A DNA stretch of 12,247 nucleotides. Origin: Verrucomicrobiales bacterium (GTDB lineage: Bacteria; Verrucomicrobiota; Verrucomicrobiia; Verrucomicrobiales; DEV007). Positions 1 through 7,459 of this stretch are shown here, one piece after another. Under the pieces are notes generated by a model. The model was not told the DNA's origin. It searched no databases and worked only from the letters and a program-made list of their open reading frames with translations. The position numbers and the translations under genes are program-made. Every line of letters starts with the position of its first letter. Within the stretch, counting starts at the first letter, position 1. Location of the stretch: contig JAHEDC010000156.1 of the NCBI GenBank assembly GCA_024641425.1, positions 1 to 12,247 of the forward strand, in the 5' to 3' direction.

Positions 1-1508
1 GCATCTTCGACTCGCTGAACTACACCCCGAACATGAAAGCCGCCATGGAGGCTGTCCGGGCCACCGAATTCGGCCTCTGCGAGGCCGCCATCTGCTATAC
101 CGGAGACATCCTCGATCCCAAACGCGACAAATACAGCCTCAACTACTACGTCGAACTCGCGAAGGAACTCGAGCGTATGGGCGCCCACATCCTCGCCATC
201 AAGGACATGGCCGGCCTCTGCCGGCCCTACGCTGCCTTCAAGCTCGTCAAGGCCCTCAAGGAAGCGGTCGGCATCCCCATCCACTTCCACACCCACGACA
301 CCAGCGGCCTGAACGCCTCGTCGATCCTCCAGGCCGCCGACGCCGGAGTCGACATCGCCGATGCCGCCCTCGCCTCGCTTTCCGGCTCGACCAGCCAGCC
401 CAACCTCAATTCCATCGTCGCCGCCCTCGAGCACACCGACCGCGCCACCGGCCTCGACCGCGAGACCCTCGACGAGTTCTCCGACTACTGGGAGCACGTC
501 CGGACTTACTATTTCCCCTTCGACACCTCGCCCCCCCACGGCTCCGCCGAAGTCTATCTCCACGAAATGCCCGGCGGCCAGTTCACCAACCTCAAGGAAC
601 AGGCCAACGCCATGGGCCTCGGGCACCGCTGGCCCGAGATCGCCCACTGCTATGCCGAGGTCAACCAGCTCTTCGGCGACATCGTCAAGGTCACCCCCTC
701 GAGCAAGGTCGTCGGCGACATGACGATGTTCCTCGTCACCCAGGGCATTCAGTGCGCCGACGTCCTCGACCTTCCGCCCGGCACCAATTTCCCGGAATCG
801 GTCGTCGACATGCTCGCCGGCGGGCTCGGGCAGCCCATGGGCGGCTGGCCTAAGGATCTGCAGAAAGTCGTCCTCGGCGACCGCGTACCCCTCACCGACC
901 GCCCCGGTGACCACGCCGCACCCATGGATCTCGAGCAGGTGCGCGGCGAGTTGGAGGCCAAGATCAAACGCGTTCCCTCCGACGACGACCTCTTCAGCTT
1001 CGTCATGTACCCGCAGGTCTTCCTCGAATACGAGGCCTTCCGGAAGAAATTCAGCGACGTCTCCGTCCTCCCCTCCAGCGCCTACTTCTACGGACTCAAT
1101 ACCGGCGAGGAGATCAGTGTCGATATCGAGGAAGGCAAAACCCTCTTCATCAAGCTCATTCACGTCAGCGAGGCCGACAGCGACGGGCAATGCACCGTCG
1201 TCACCGAACTCAACGGGGTCCCTCGCCACGCCCACATCGCTGACGCCCACATCAAACCCACCACCGAGGCCCGCGCGCAGGCCGATCCGGCGAACCCGAA
1301 TCACGTCGGCGCCCCCATGCCCGGCATGGTCACCGGCGTCGCCACCTCGGTCGGGAAGAAGGTCAAGGCCGGAGACAACCTCCTCACCCTGGAAGCCATG
1401 AAGATGTTCACCACCATCACCGCCCCCCAGGATGGCATCGTGGAGAAAATCACCGTCACCACCGGCGACCAGGTCTCGAGCAAGGACCTCCTCGTCGTCC
1501 TCAAATAG
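1..1508 (+). CDS. pyc: Pyruvate carboxylase, C-terminal ~500 aa (carboxyltransferase + tetramerisation + biotinyl/BCCP domains). 5'-partial: reading frame is open from position 3 and continues beyond the window edge.
   Basis: Translation IFDSLNYTPNMKAAMEAV...GDILDP...HILAIKDMAGL...IPIHFHTHDTSGL (carboxyltransferase TIM-barrel metal-binding motif) ...VYLHEMPGGQFTNL... ending in biotinyl-domain motif EAMKMF (Lys codon 1401-1403). Stop TAG at 1506-1508. Collinear with single-chain PC (or the PycB subunit of two-subunit enzymes). Confidence 0.9.
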   Translation, partial: IFDSLNYTPNMKAAMEAVRATEFGLCEAAICYTGDILDPKRDKYSLNYYVELAKELERMGAHILAIKDMAGLCRPYAAFKLVKALKEAVGIPIHFHTHDTSGLNASSILQAADAGVDIADAALASLSGSTSQPNLNSIVAALEHTDRATGLDRETLDEFSDYWEHVRTYYFPFDTSPPHGSAEVYLHEMPGGQFTNLKEQANAMGLGHRWPEIAHCYAEVNQLFGDIVKVTPSSKVVGDMTMFLVTQGIQCADVLDLPPGTNFPESVVDMLAGGLGQPMGGWPKDLQKVVLGDRVPLTDRPGDHAAPMDLEQVRGELEAKIKRVPSDDDLFSFVMYPQVFLEYEAFRKKFSDVSVLPSSAYFYGLNTGEEISVDIEEGKTLFIKLIHVSEADSDGQCTVVTELNGVPRHAHIADAHIKPTTEARAQADPANPNHVGAPMPGMVTGVATSVGKKVKAGDNLLTLEAMKMFTTITAPQDGIVEKITVTTGDQVSSKDLLVVLK

Positions 1509-1574
1509 CCCCCGTAAAGCGGGCGTCCCGCCGTTGACTGTTCCCGTGGCGTCCCGCCTCGCGGTCTCCCTCTA
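1509..1574. terminator. Convergent intergenic region between pyc (+) and the minus-strand operon. Contains a small GC hairpin (GCGGG-cgt-CCCGC, 1519-1531) and an 11-nt direct repeat GGCGTCCCGCC (1522-1532 and 1548-1558). Possible weak bidirectional terminator.
   Basis: A hairpin with a 5-bp GC stem and 3-nt loop is seen directly. On the minus strand it is followed by UUUAC. There is no strong U-tract on either strand, so it is weak as an intrinsic terminator. Confidence 0.25.
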
Positions 1575-2144
1575 TCATCCCCCTGGATTTACCGGTTTCG
1601 CCTGCCAGAAAGCCTCTAGAAGAGTCCTTTCCCGAGCTTTCCAATCGGAAGCCGAATCGCTGACCTCGACAACGACGATGCCTGCGCTCGAAAGCTTTTT
1701 TAAGACCTCCAGGCCCCGTGCGAAGGCGACTCCTATATTCGAGTCGATCAATAGTAATGGGATCGAGCCAGCCACGCGCCCCGTTTCGGCATAGGCCCGA
1801 AACTTCGCCTCCAGTTCTGAGAGCGAGACCACATCCTTATCCATTGCCACTTCATTCTCGCGCACCTGGATCGTAATTCCACACGCTGCAGAGCCCGGCG
1901 AATGAAACTCGATCTCCGCCGCAAGCTCCGGATGCCGGAAAAGAACCGGAGTCTCCCGGCACAGGACTCCCACCGAACAAAGGAAGTCCGAGAAATCCAG
2001 CGCATCCTCGTTCTCGATCAGAATGGAAGGCGAAGGGGGCGCTTCAGCCTTCGCCGCGGGTTCTTCGCCTGGTCGTGAACATGACACCAACAAAAATACC
2101 ACGCTCAAACCGATGGGCATCCAGTGCCTTACCACCTTTTTCAT
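1575..2144 (-). CDS. Predicted lipoprotein (189 aa): signal peptide + lipobox LLVSC, Pro/Ala-rich linker, then a ~130-aa globular domain. Last gene of the operon; start overlaps the stop of the upstream giant gene (ATGA).
   Basis: N-terminus MKKVVRHWMPIGLSVVFLLVS|C matches the SPase II lipobox [LVI][ASTVI][GAS]C. The start ATG (2144-2142) overlaps the stop TGA (2143-2141) of the 1690-aa ORF. A strong SD, GGGAGCGAAGG, lies immediately upstream. The segment PLLLIDSNIGVAFARGLEVLKKLSSAGIVVVEV loosely resembles the ExbD/TolR periplasmic-domain pattern; this is a tentative eyeball similarity only. Confidence 0.6.
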   Translation of the reverse strand: MKKVVRHWMPIGLSVVFLLVSCSRPGEEPAAKAEAPPSPSILIENEDALDFSDFLCSVGVLCRETPVLFRHPELAAEIEFHSPGSAACGITIQVRENEVAMDKDVVSLSELEAKFRAYAETGRVAGSIPLLLIDSNIGVAFARGLEVLKKLSSAGIVVVEVSDSASDWKARERTLLEAFWQAKPVNPGG

Positions 2145-5100
2145 CCTTCGCTCCCATCCTTCCTCACCTTCTGGCGAACCCTCGATTTCACATCAACGGG
2201 GAGTTTCTCCGGTACGTTAGCTTCGGGAGCGGCATCTTCACCGTCATGAACCGGCACGACCTTGATTTCAACATCCACCGGCACGGCCCTAATATTCGCG
2301 ATGATGCGCTCTAGTTTCGAAACGGTTTCGTCCGCGAGAGTCGCCGGTTTGGCCTGATGTTCCTGACCGAGGCGCAGGATGTCCTCGATCTTCTCCAAGC
2401 CTTCGGTGAAACCGGACATCTGGGCGACGACGCGACTGACCGGATCGCCCTCCGCGCCACCGAGCAGCTTCTGCTTGTTGAAAGCCTTCTTGATCTGTTC
2501 CCAGCGCGCGGCCTGCTTCTCGCTCTGGGCGGATTCGAGTTCGTAAAACTTCAGGAGGTTCGCCTCGGAGTCGGCGGTGAGGGTCTGGGATTCGTTCTCG
2601 TAGTGATTTCGGATCACGATTTCCACTTCCTCTGCGGTCATGAGGGCGAGGATTTTCTCAGCGATCCGGTTCATGTTCCGGTAACTCCCCTGTAACTTGA
2701 AGGAGGGCTCGGTACGATAAGCATCCTGTTGCGCGGCGGAGCGGATGTACTCCTGGTTCACCCTCAAAATGGTATCCCTTACGCGCATGAGTTTCTTCGT
2801 CACCGCGACCATTTCCTCGATTTCTTCGACGGTGTAGTTCCCTTCAAAATCGGCCCCTTCGCGGCTCCCGGTCGCGGCGATCTTCAGCACCGTGTAAACG
2901 TCCGCCTGACTGCGGCTCGCCATTTTGCCGAGCACGGGATTACTGGTGAGCGCGTTCTCGATGTAAGACGTTTCGAAGAAGGATGCGTTGCCGCCCACGA
3001 TGTCGCCGAGATTGTAGGTATCGGCGCGGTTCGCGAGCATATCCGGGATTTGGAAGCGCCCGCCGCTCTCGGTGTAAGGGTTCCCGGCCATGACAACCGC
3101 GACTTTCTTCCCGCGCAAATCGTAAGTGCGGGCCTTGCCCTTGTAGACTCCCTCCATCTTTCGCTGACCGTCGCAGAGGGAGATGAATTTTTGGAGAAAC
3201 TCGGTATTGCAGTGCTGGATGTCGTCGAGATAGATCATCACGTTGTCCCCCATCTCCAGCGCGAGGTTCAGTTTCTGCACCTCCTCCCGGGCACTGGCAT
3301 TCGGCGCTTCCGTCGGATCGAGTGATGTCACCTGATGCCCGATCGCGGGGCCGTTGATCTTCATGAAGGTGATGCCCAGACGATTCGCGATATACTCCAT
3401 AAGCGTCGTCTTACCGTAACCGGGCGGCGACACGAGCAGCAGGAGTCCCATGCGGTCCGTGCGGGTATCGGAACCGACAGTCCCGATCTGTTTGGCGAGG
3501 TTGTCTCCGATGATGGGAAGATAGACCTCGTCGATCAGTTTGTTCCGAACGAAAGAAGTCATCACTCGCGGCTTGAACTCGCCGAGGCGCATCGCTTCAC
3601 GCGTCTTTTCGACAAGCGTCTTTTTCAGGGCAACGAAACACTCGAAACGTGGAACTTCCCCGACCTCGAAGGCCCGAAGGCGCGCCACAAAGTGGTTGTA
3701 ATGGAAGTCGTAACTGCCTTCGACAATGAGCGGATGACTACCGGTCATTCCTTCGATTCTTGCGGATGAAAGCACATCGACAACGTCGCGCTTTTGATGC
3801 CCGCCGCGCACGAGATGGGCGGCGGCTTCCGCGACGTATTCCTGCGTCTCAAGCTTCGCGCTCGCGCCATAACCCGTCAGCCAGTCGGAAGCGATCTCGA
3901 AGCGCCCCACAACGTCCTCGCCCAAGGCCTCCCCGGCGGCGGCGAATTTCTTGTCCATCCTCCTTTCGGTCAACTGGATCTTAAAACCATGGAGTATGTC
4001 CGCTGCTTCCCGGCTGACCGTAAAGTTCGTCTCATCGACGAGTTCATCGAAGAGATAGGCGGCGGCTTCGACCGCATCCCCTCTCAGGAAAGCATGACGA
4101 ACGCAAAATCTCGCGATTTCAGACTCCAGTCGCTTTACGTATTCCACTTGCGGGCCACGACCGGCGAACATTCCGGACATCGTTCCATAGGAACGGATCC
4201 GCGCCGCCAACGCTTCCTTGCCCGCGTCGTTCCATTGCTCCCAAAAGAGTAGACCGAGCGCGCGGTCTTCCGGGGCATAGCGCAAAAGTCCGATGGCCTC
4301 ATGAATCCGAAGCAATTCCGCCAGAATCCGCGCGGCATCCTCGTCATGGACGCCTTTGACATAGCCTTCCGCGTAGCGCGGGGCCATGAAACGCTGGACG
4401 TCCTCCCGCAGCGACTCCGTGAGGCCGCCTCCAGACTGGAGATACTGCCAGGCGAGATACTCGGAACGGTAAACGCGGTTATTCTCCGAGACGACCTCCT
4501 GATCCCAGACCTCCCGCGTGGCATCGAAGGCAGGATCATCGATGCGCTCGAAGAAATTCGTGCCCGTGAGATGGTAGAACTGCGCGTCGTTCCGCCGCAC
4601 AACCGTCAGCTCCAAGGGCTGGGTATTGACCGAGAATTGGTGCTTCCCGAAACGGATGATGTTCTCGCAATCGACAAACAACTCCTGCCGATCCTTCAAT
4701 TGACGCACCGCGTCCTCGCGCGTTGCCTTGAGCTTCGTCTGGAGATCGTCCGCCTTCACCGAGTCGCCGAGCGCGGTCAATTCGCGAATGACATCGCGGA
4801 TCTTTTCGATCATGAGGTCGCTGGCCAGGTAACCATTGATCTCGTTGATCGTCTTGAGCCCGTCGAGACGGCGGCGCACGCTGGTCAGTATCCTTTCCGC
4901 TGACTGCTGGAGTGCGCCGGTCCGTTTGTTCCGCGACTCAACCAAGGCGACCTTGCGCGACTCGAAGGCATTGTAAATCTCCTCCCGCTTCTCGCCTAGT
5001 TGGGCGACATATTCGTCGAATTCGCTGAACTTCCCCTCCAGTTCCTCCAACTGGATCATGACCTTCGAGAGATACTCGTCGCACTTGTCCGGCTCGCCGC

Positions 5101-7213
5101 AGAGGTCGAGGTAGTTGACGACAGCCTGATTCAGCAACTTGATCTGCGCGCCGAACTGGGCCACACCCTCCGAGCGCGACAATTCGCGGCGGCGGCTTTT
5201 CAGCTCCACCCGAACCTGGTTCAGCGTCGCATAGATGGTCGAAACATCATCGATTATCTGGGTTGTCTGCGTCGAGTCGGCGATCTTGAGATTGCCGACG
5301 ATGTCGATGAGCATCTCCAACTCGCCCCCCCCGGCATTGAGCGCCTTTTCCACTTCGTCGGCCTCGATCGTCTTCGCCACTTTCGGCACCTGCTTCCGCT
5401 GCTCTTCAACCTGTCCCCGATAGGGATCAAGAGCCTCGGGTTTCAGGAGAAACTCAACACAATGTTGCGATATCCTCTCCGTGGTCTCGCCGAGACTCGC
5501 CTCCAGTTTGTCGACATGCTCCGGATCCGAATAACGGAGGTCGCGAAGCGAGATCGCCTCCCCTCGAGCGGCCCGAAGTTCGGCCAGGTAATGGACAAAA
5601 CCCATGATGTCGTCCGGCGGCGCATGGCTCGCCGCATTAACGAGCTTGGCCGCTTTCTTCGTAACCCGGTCGGTTTCCGCCTTCGTCGACAGGCGGAGCC
5701 GCCGCACCTTGTCGAACTCACCGATGGCGGCCTGAGCCGCCCCCTTGATCTCGACCAAGGCAACCTTCAGATTCTGTGCCTCCTCCTTCGCGATCCAGAA
5801 ATAGGCGTCCGCGACGTCGCCGGCCTTTTTCACCAGATCAAGGTAGAGTCCGGCGTAGCTGTCATTCTTTCCGATCAGGTTCAGGATTTCCTGACATTCC
5901 GCCATACACCGGACAATATCGGCGTTCCCGACCTTGTAGAGATAGGAATCCGTCCGCGCGTGCGGCTGGATATTCTCGTGCACGAAGGGAGTCTGCCACA
6001 CCTGGAGCGTATGATGTTTCTGCGGTTCGTCCTCGCATTTGAAGTAAACGAGCTCGCCGTTGGCGAAAAGCGAGTAGCCGTTGCAGATGATCGGCGTCTC
6101 GACCTGCTGCTGGATGATGTTATACGACAGGAGGATGTAGAGACCGGTGCGACGGTTGTAGAAAACGTGGAGATAGTCCTCGCCGTTGGGAGAAGCGATC
6201 CGGCGCTCGAAAAGCATGTCCTTGAGCCGGTTCCCGAAGATCTTGTGCTCACCGCTCTGCAGATAGTAGCCGTCGCTGAAAATAATCCCGTGATCGTCGG
6301 GCAGAAGGACACAGGAATGCTCGATCGCATCGACGCGCGTCACCGTCTGCGTCTTCTCGTTGAAGATGAGATTCCGGTAGAGCTTTTCCTGGTAGGGACG
6401 GATTTTGAGCAGGATAAGACTGCCGACGAGGGCGTAGAAGATCTCCGCGTCGTCCAACGTCTGGTCCGGCTCGGTGACATCCTCCCGGTAGATCCCTTCC
6501 CCGCTCGCGGTATTGTCTTCGATCTTGATCGTCAGGTCGCCGCCAACGGTTTCCACGAAGACGCGATCCTCGATGGAGATGTGCGGGAACTCCCCGCCGC
6601 GATGCATGTCGCGATGCGCCCGCTTCCATTCGAATTCCTGCTGAGGGGGGAAAAGGTATTCGTGGTCGAAACGGTTCCCGAGATACTCCAGGGTCCCGTC
6701 GTTCGGCCGCCGCCACTTGAAAGCCTTGATGTCCGTCACGTCCTTCCCAACGCGGAAGGCCATGTAAAGGTGCGGCCCGATGACCATGAACTTCGCGAAG
6801 ATCGTCTCCTTGTAATACTTGTAGAGATGATCGAAGTCGGTCAGGAAATCGCCACCCAGCAACTCGCTCGCGTCTTTTTCGGAGAAGGCATGGGTTTCCG
6901 CATCATGCTCGTAGAAGGCAAAGACATCCGAGATCGCGGTCGTCGAACGCAGACCGATATGGACGTTGTAGCCGAAAATGAAGCGACCGCCGCCGATGGC
7001 GATCATGTCGCGCGGCACGCAGTTGTTCGAGGTCGTGATGCGCTCGGTCGCGATAAGCGCCGTCGGTACGGCTCCGAAAACTTCCTGCCGGTCCGCGTTC
7101 AGTTTGTCGAGGCGAACGCGCAAATCCGCGCCATGCTTTTCCAGCCGGCTCCGAATAATCTCGTAGGCACCGCCTTCGAGCGTGGGTTGGGCGTTGGGAT
7201 CGGCGTCAGGCAT
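2141..7213 (-). CDS. Giant uncharacterised protein (1690 aa). N-terminal ~470-aa domain of unknown fold, central long coiled-coil/helical region (~aa 480-1200), C-terminal MoxR/CbbQ/NorQ-type AAA+ (AAA_5) ATPase module (~aa 1215-1410) and a ~280-aa helical, charged C-terminal tail.
   Basis: Walker A LLLLVSPPGYGKTTL (aa 1258-1272; GYGKTT at nt 3404-3421), Walker B NVMIYLDDIQHCN (nt ~3215-3238), sensor-1-like VVMAGNPY and an Arg-containing LANRAD motif. The order and spacing of these motifs are typical of AAA_5/MoxR-clade ATPases. The central part has long E/K/R/L/Q-rich heptad-like stretches (e.g. KVMIQLEELEGKFSEFDEYVAQLGEKREEIYNAFESRKVALVESRNKR). High GC3 is consistent with coding. The antisense 774-aa ORF on the + strand has no motifs and is rejected. 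Confidence 0.85.
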   Translation of the reverse strand: MPDADPNAQPTLEGGAYEIIRSRLEKHGADLRVRLDKLNADRQEVFGAVPTALIATERITTSNNCVPRDMIAIGGGRFIFGYNVHIGLRSTTAISDVFAFYEHDAETHAFSEKDASELLGGDFLTDFDHLYKYYKETIFAKFMVIGPHLYMAFRVGKDVTDIKAFKWRRPNDGTLEYLGNRFDHEYLFPPQQEFEWKRAHRDMHRGGEFPHISIEDRVFVETVGGDLTIKIEDNTASGEGIYREDVTEPDQTLDDAEIFYALVGSLILLKIRPYQEKLYRNLIFNEKTQTVTRVDAIEHSCVLLPDDHGIIFSDGYYLQSGEHKIFGNRLKDMLFERRIASPNGEDYLHVFYNRRTGLYILLSYNIIQQQVETPIICNGYSLFANGELVYFKCEDEPQKHHTLQVWQTPFVHENIQPHARTDSYLYKVGNADIVRCMAECQEILNLIGKNDSYAGLYLDLVKKAGDVADAYFWIAKEEAQNLKVALVEIKGAAQAAIGEFDKVRRLRLSTKAETDRVTKKAAKLVNAASHAPPDDIMGFVHYLAELRAARGEAISLRDLRYSDPEHVDKLEASLGETTERISQHCVEFLLKPEALDPYRGQVEEQRKQVPKVAKTIEADEVEKALNAGGGELEMLIDIVGNLKIADSTQTTQIIDDVSTIYATLNQVRVELKSRRRELSRSEGVAQFGAQIKLLNQAVVNYLDLCGEPDKCDEYLSKVMIQLEELEGKFSEFDEYVAQLGEKREEIYNAFESRKVALVESRNKRTGALQQSAERILTSVRRRLDGLKTINEINGYLASDLMIEKIRDVIRELTALGDSVKADDLQTKLKATREDAVRQLKDRQELFVDCENIIRFGKHQFSVNTQPLELTVVRRNDAQFYHLTGTNFFERIDDPAFDATREVWDQEVVSENNRVYRSEYLAWQYLQSGGGLTESLREDVQRFMAPRYAEGYVKGVHDEDAARILAELLRIHEAIGLLRYAPEDRALGLLFWEQWNDAGKEALAARIRSYGTMSGMFAGRGPQVEYVKRLESEIARFCVRHAFLRGDAVEAAAYLFDELVDETNFTVSREAADILHGFKIQLTERRMDKKFAAAGEALGEDVVGRFEIASDWLTGYGASAKLETQEYVAEAAAHLVRGGHQKRDVVDVLSSARIEGMTGSHPLIVEGSYDFHYNHFVARLRAFEVGEVPRFECFVALKKTLVEKTREAMRLGEFKPRVMTSFVRNKLIDEVYLPIIGDNLAKQIGTVGSDTRTDRMGLLLLVSPPGYGKTTLMEYIANRLGITFMKINGPAIGHQVTSLDPTEAPNASAREEVQKLNLALEMGDNVMIYLDDIQHCNTEFLQKFISLCDGQRKMEGVYKGKARTYDLRGKKVAVVMAGNPYTESGGRFQIPDMLANRADTYNLGDIVGGNASFFETSYIENALTSNPVLGKMASRSQADVYTVLKIAATGSREGADFEGNYTVEEIEEMVAVTKKLMRVRDTILRVNQEYIRSAAQQDAYRTEPSFKLQGSYRNMNRIAEKILALMTAEEVEIVIRNHYENESQTLTADSEANLLKFYELESAQSEKQAARWEQIKKAFNKQKLLGGAEGDPVSRVVAQMSGFTEGLEKIEDILRLGQEHQAKPATLADETVSKLERIIANIRAVPVDVEIKVVPVHDGEDAAPEANVPEKLPVDVKSRVRQKVRKDGSEG

Positions 7214-7388
7214 CGGTTTCTACCCCTTTTTCGTGATCGCGCGGCGTGGACTCCAACAACCGGCAAAGTTCGTCGAGTTCCGACATCTTCTCCTGACGAA
7301 GCCGCTTCGCATTCACGTCCATAGAGATCCATCCCATCACGATGGCAGCATACGGGACGATCTTTGTGCTTTCGCCCAAGTCAGTCAT
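7206..7388 (-). CDS. Candidate small protein (60 aa) between flotillin and the giant AAA+ gene. Short hydrophobic patch (IVPYAAIVMGWISM) followed by a charged helical tail. Stop overlaps the giant gene start by 8 nt.
   Basis: An ATG at 7388 is preceded by a purine-rich stretch GGAAAGGACGGAAGCGA, which is SD-like. Codons are GC3-biased (~70%). The 3' end ...ACC GAT GCC TGA overlaps the ATG of the 1690-aa ORF (ATGCCTGA), a geometry typical of translational coupling. It fills an otherwise 246-nt gap inside a tightly packed operon. Random ORFs of this length are common in high-GC DNA, hence moderate-low confidence. Confidence 0.35.
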   Translation of the reverse strand: MTDLGESTKIVPYAAIVMGWISMDVNAKRLRQEKMSELDELCRLLESTPRDHEKGVETDA

Positions 7389-7459
7389 TCGCTTCCGTCC
7401 TTTCCGTTGCGCGCGTTTCTGGATCGGCGGTAAGGTTCATCGCGTGGGGATTCTGCCTT

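Noticed and set aside
2357-4903. Series of + strand ORFs (112-200 aa) within 2.3-4.9 kb
   Set aside because: All are antisense to the giant AAA+ gene and lack motifs and start-site signals. High-GC artefacts.
5000-7324. 774-aa ORF on the + strand
   Set aside because: It lies fully antisense to the 1690-aa minus-strand gene, which has clear Walker A/B AAA+ motifs. The + strand product is Arg/Leu/Val-rich with no recognisable motifs. Long antisense ORFs are expected in high-GC DNA because stop codons are AT-rich.
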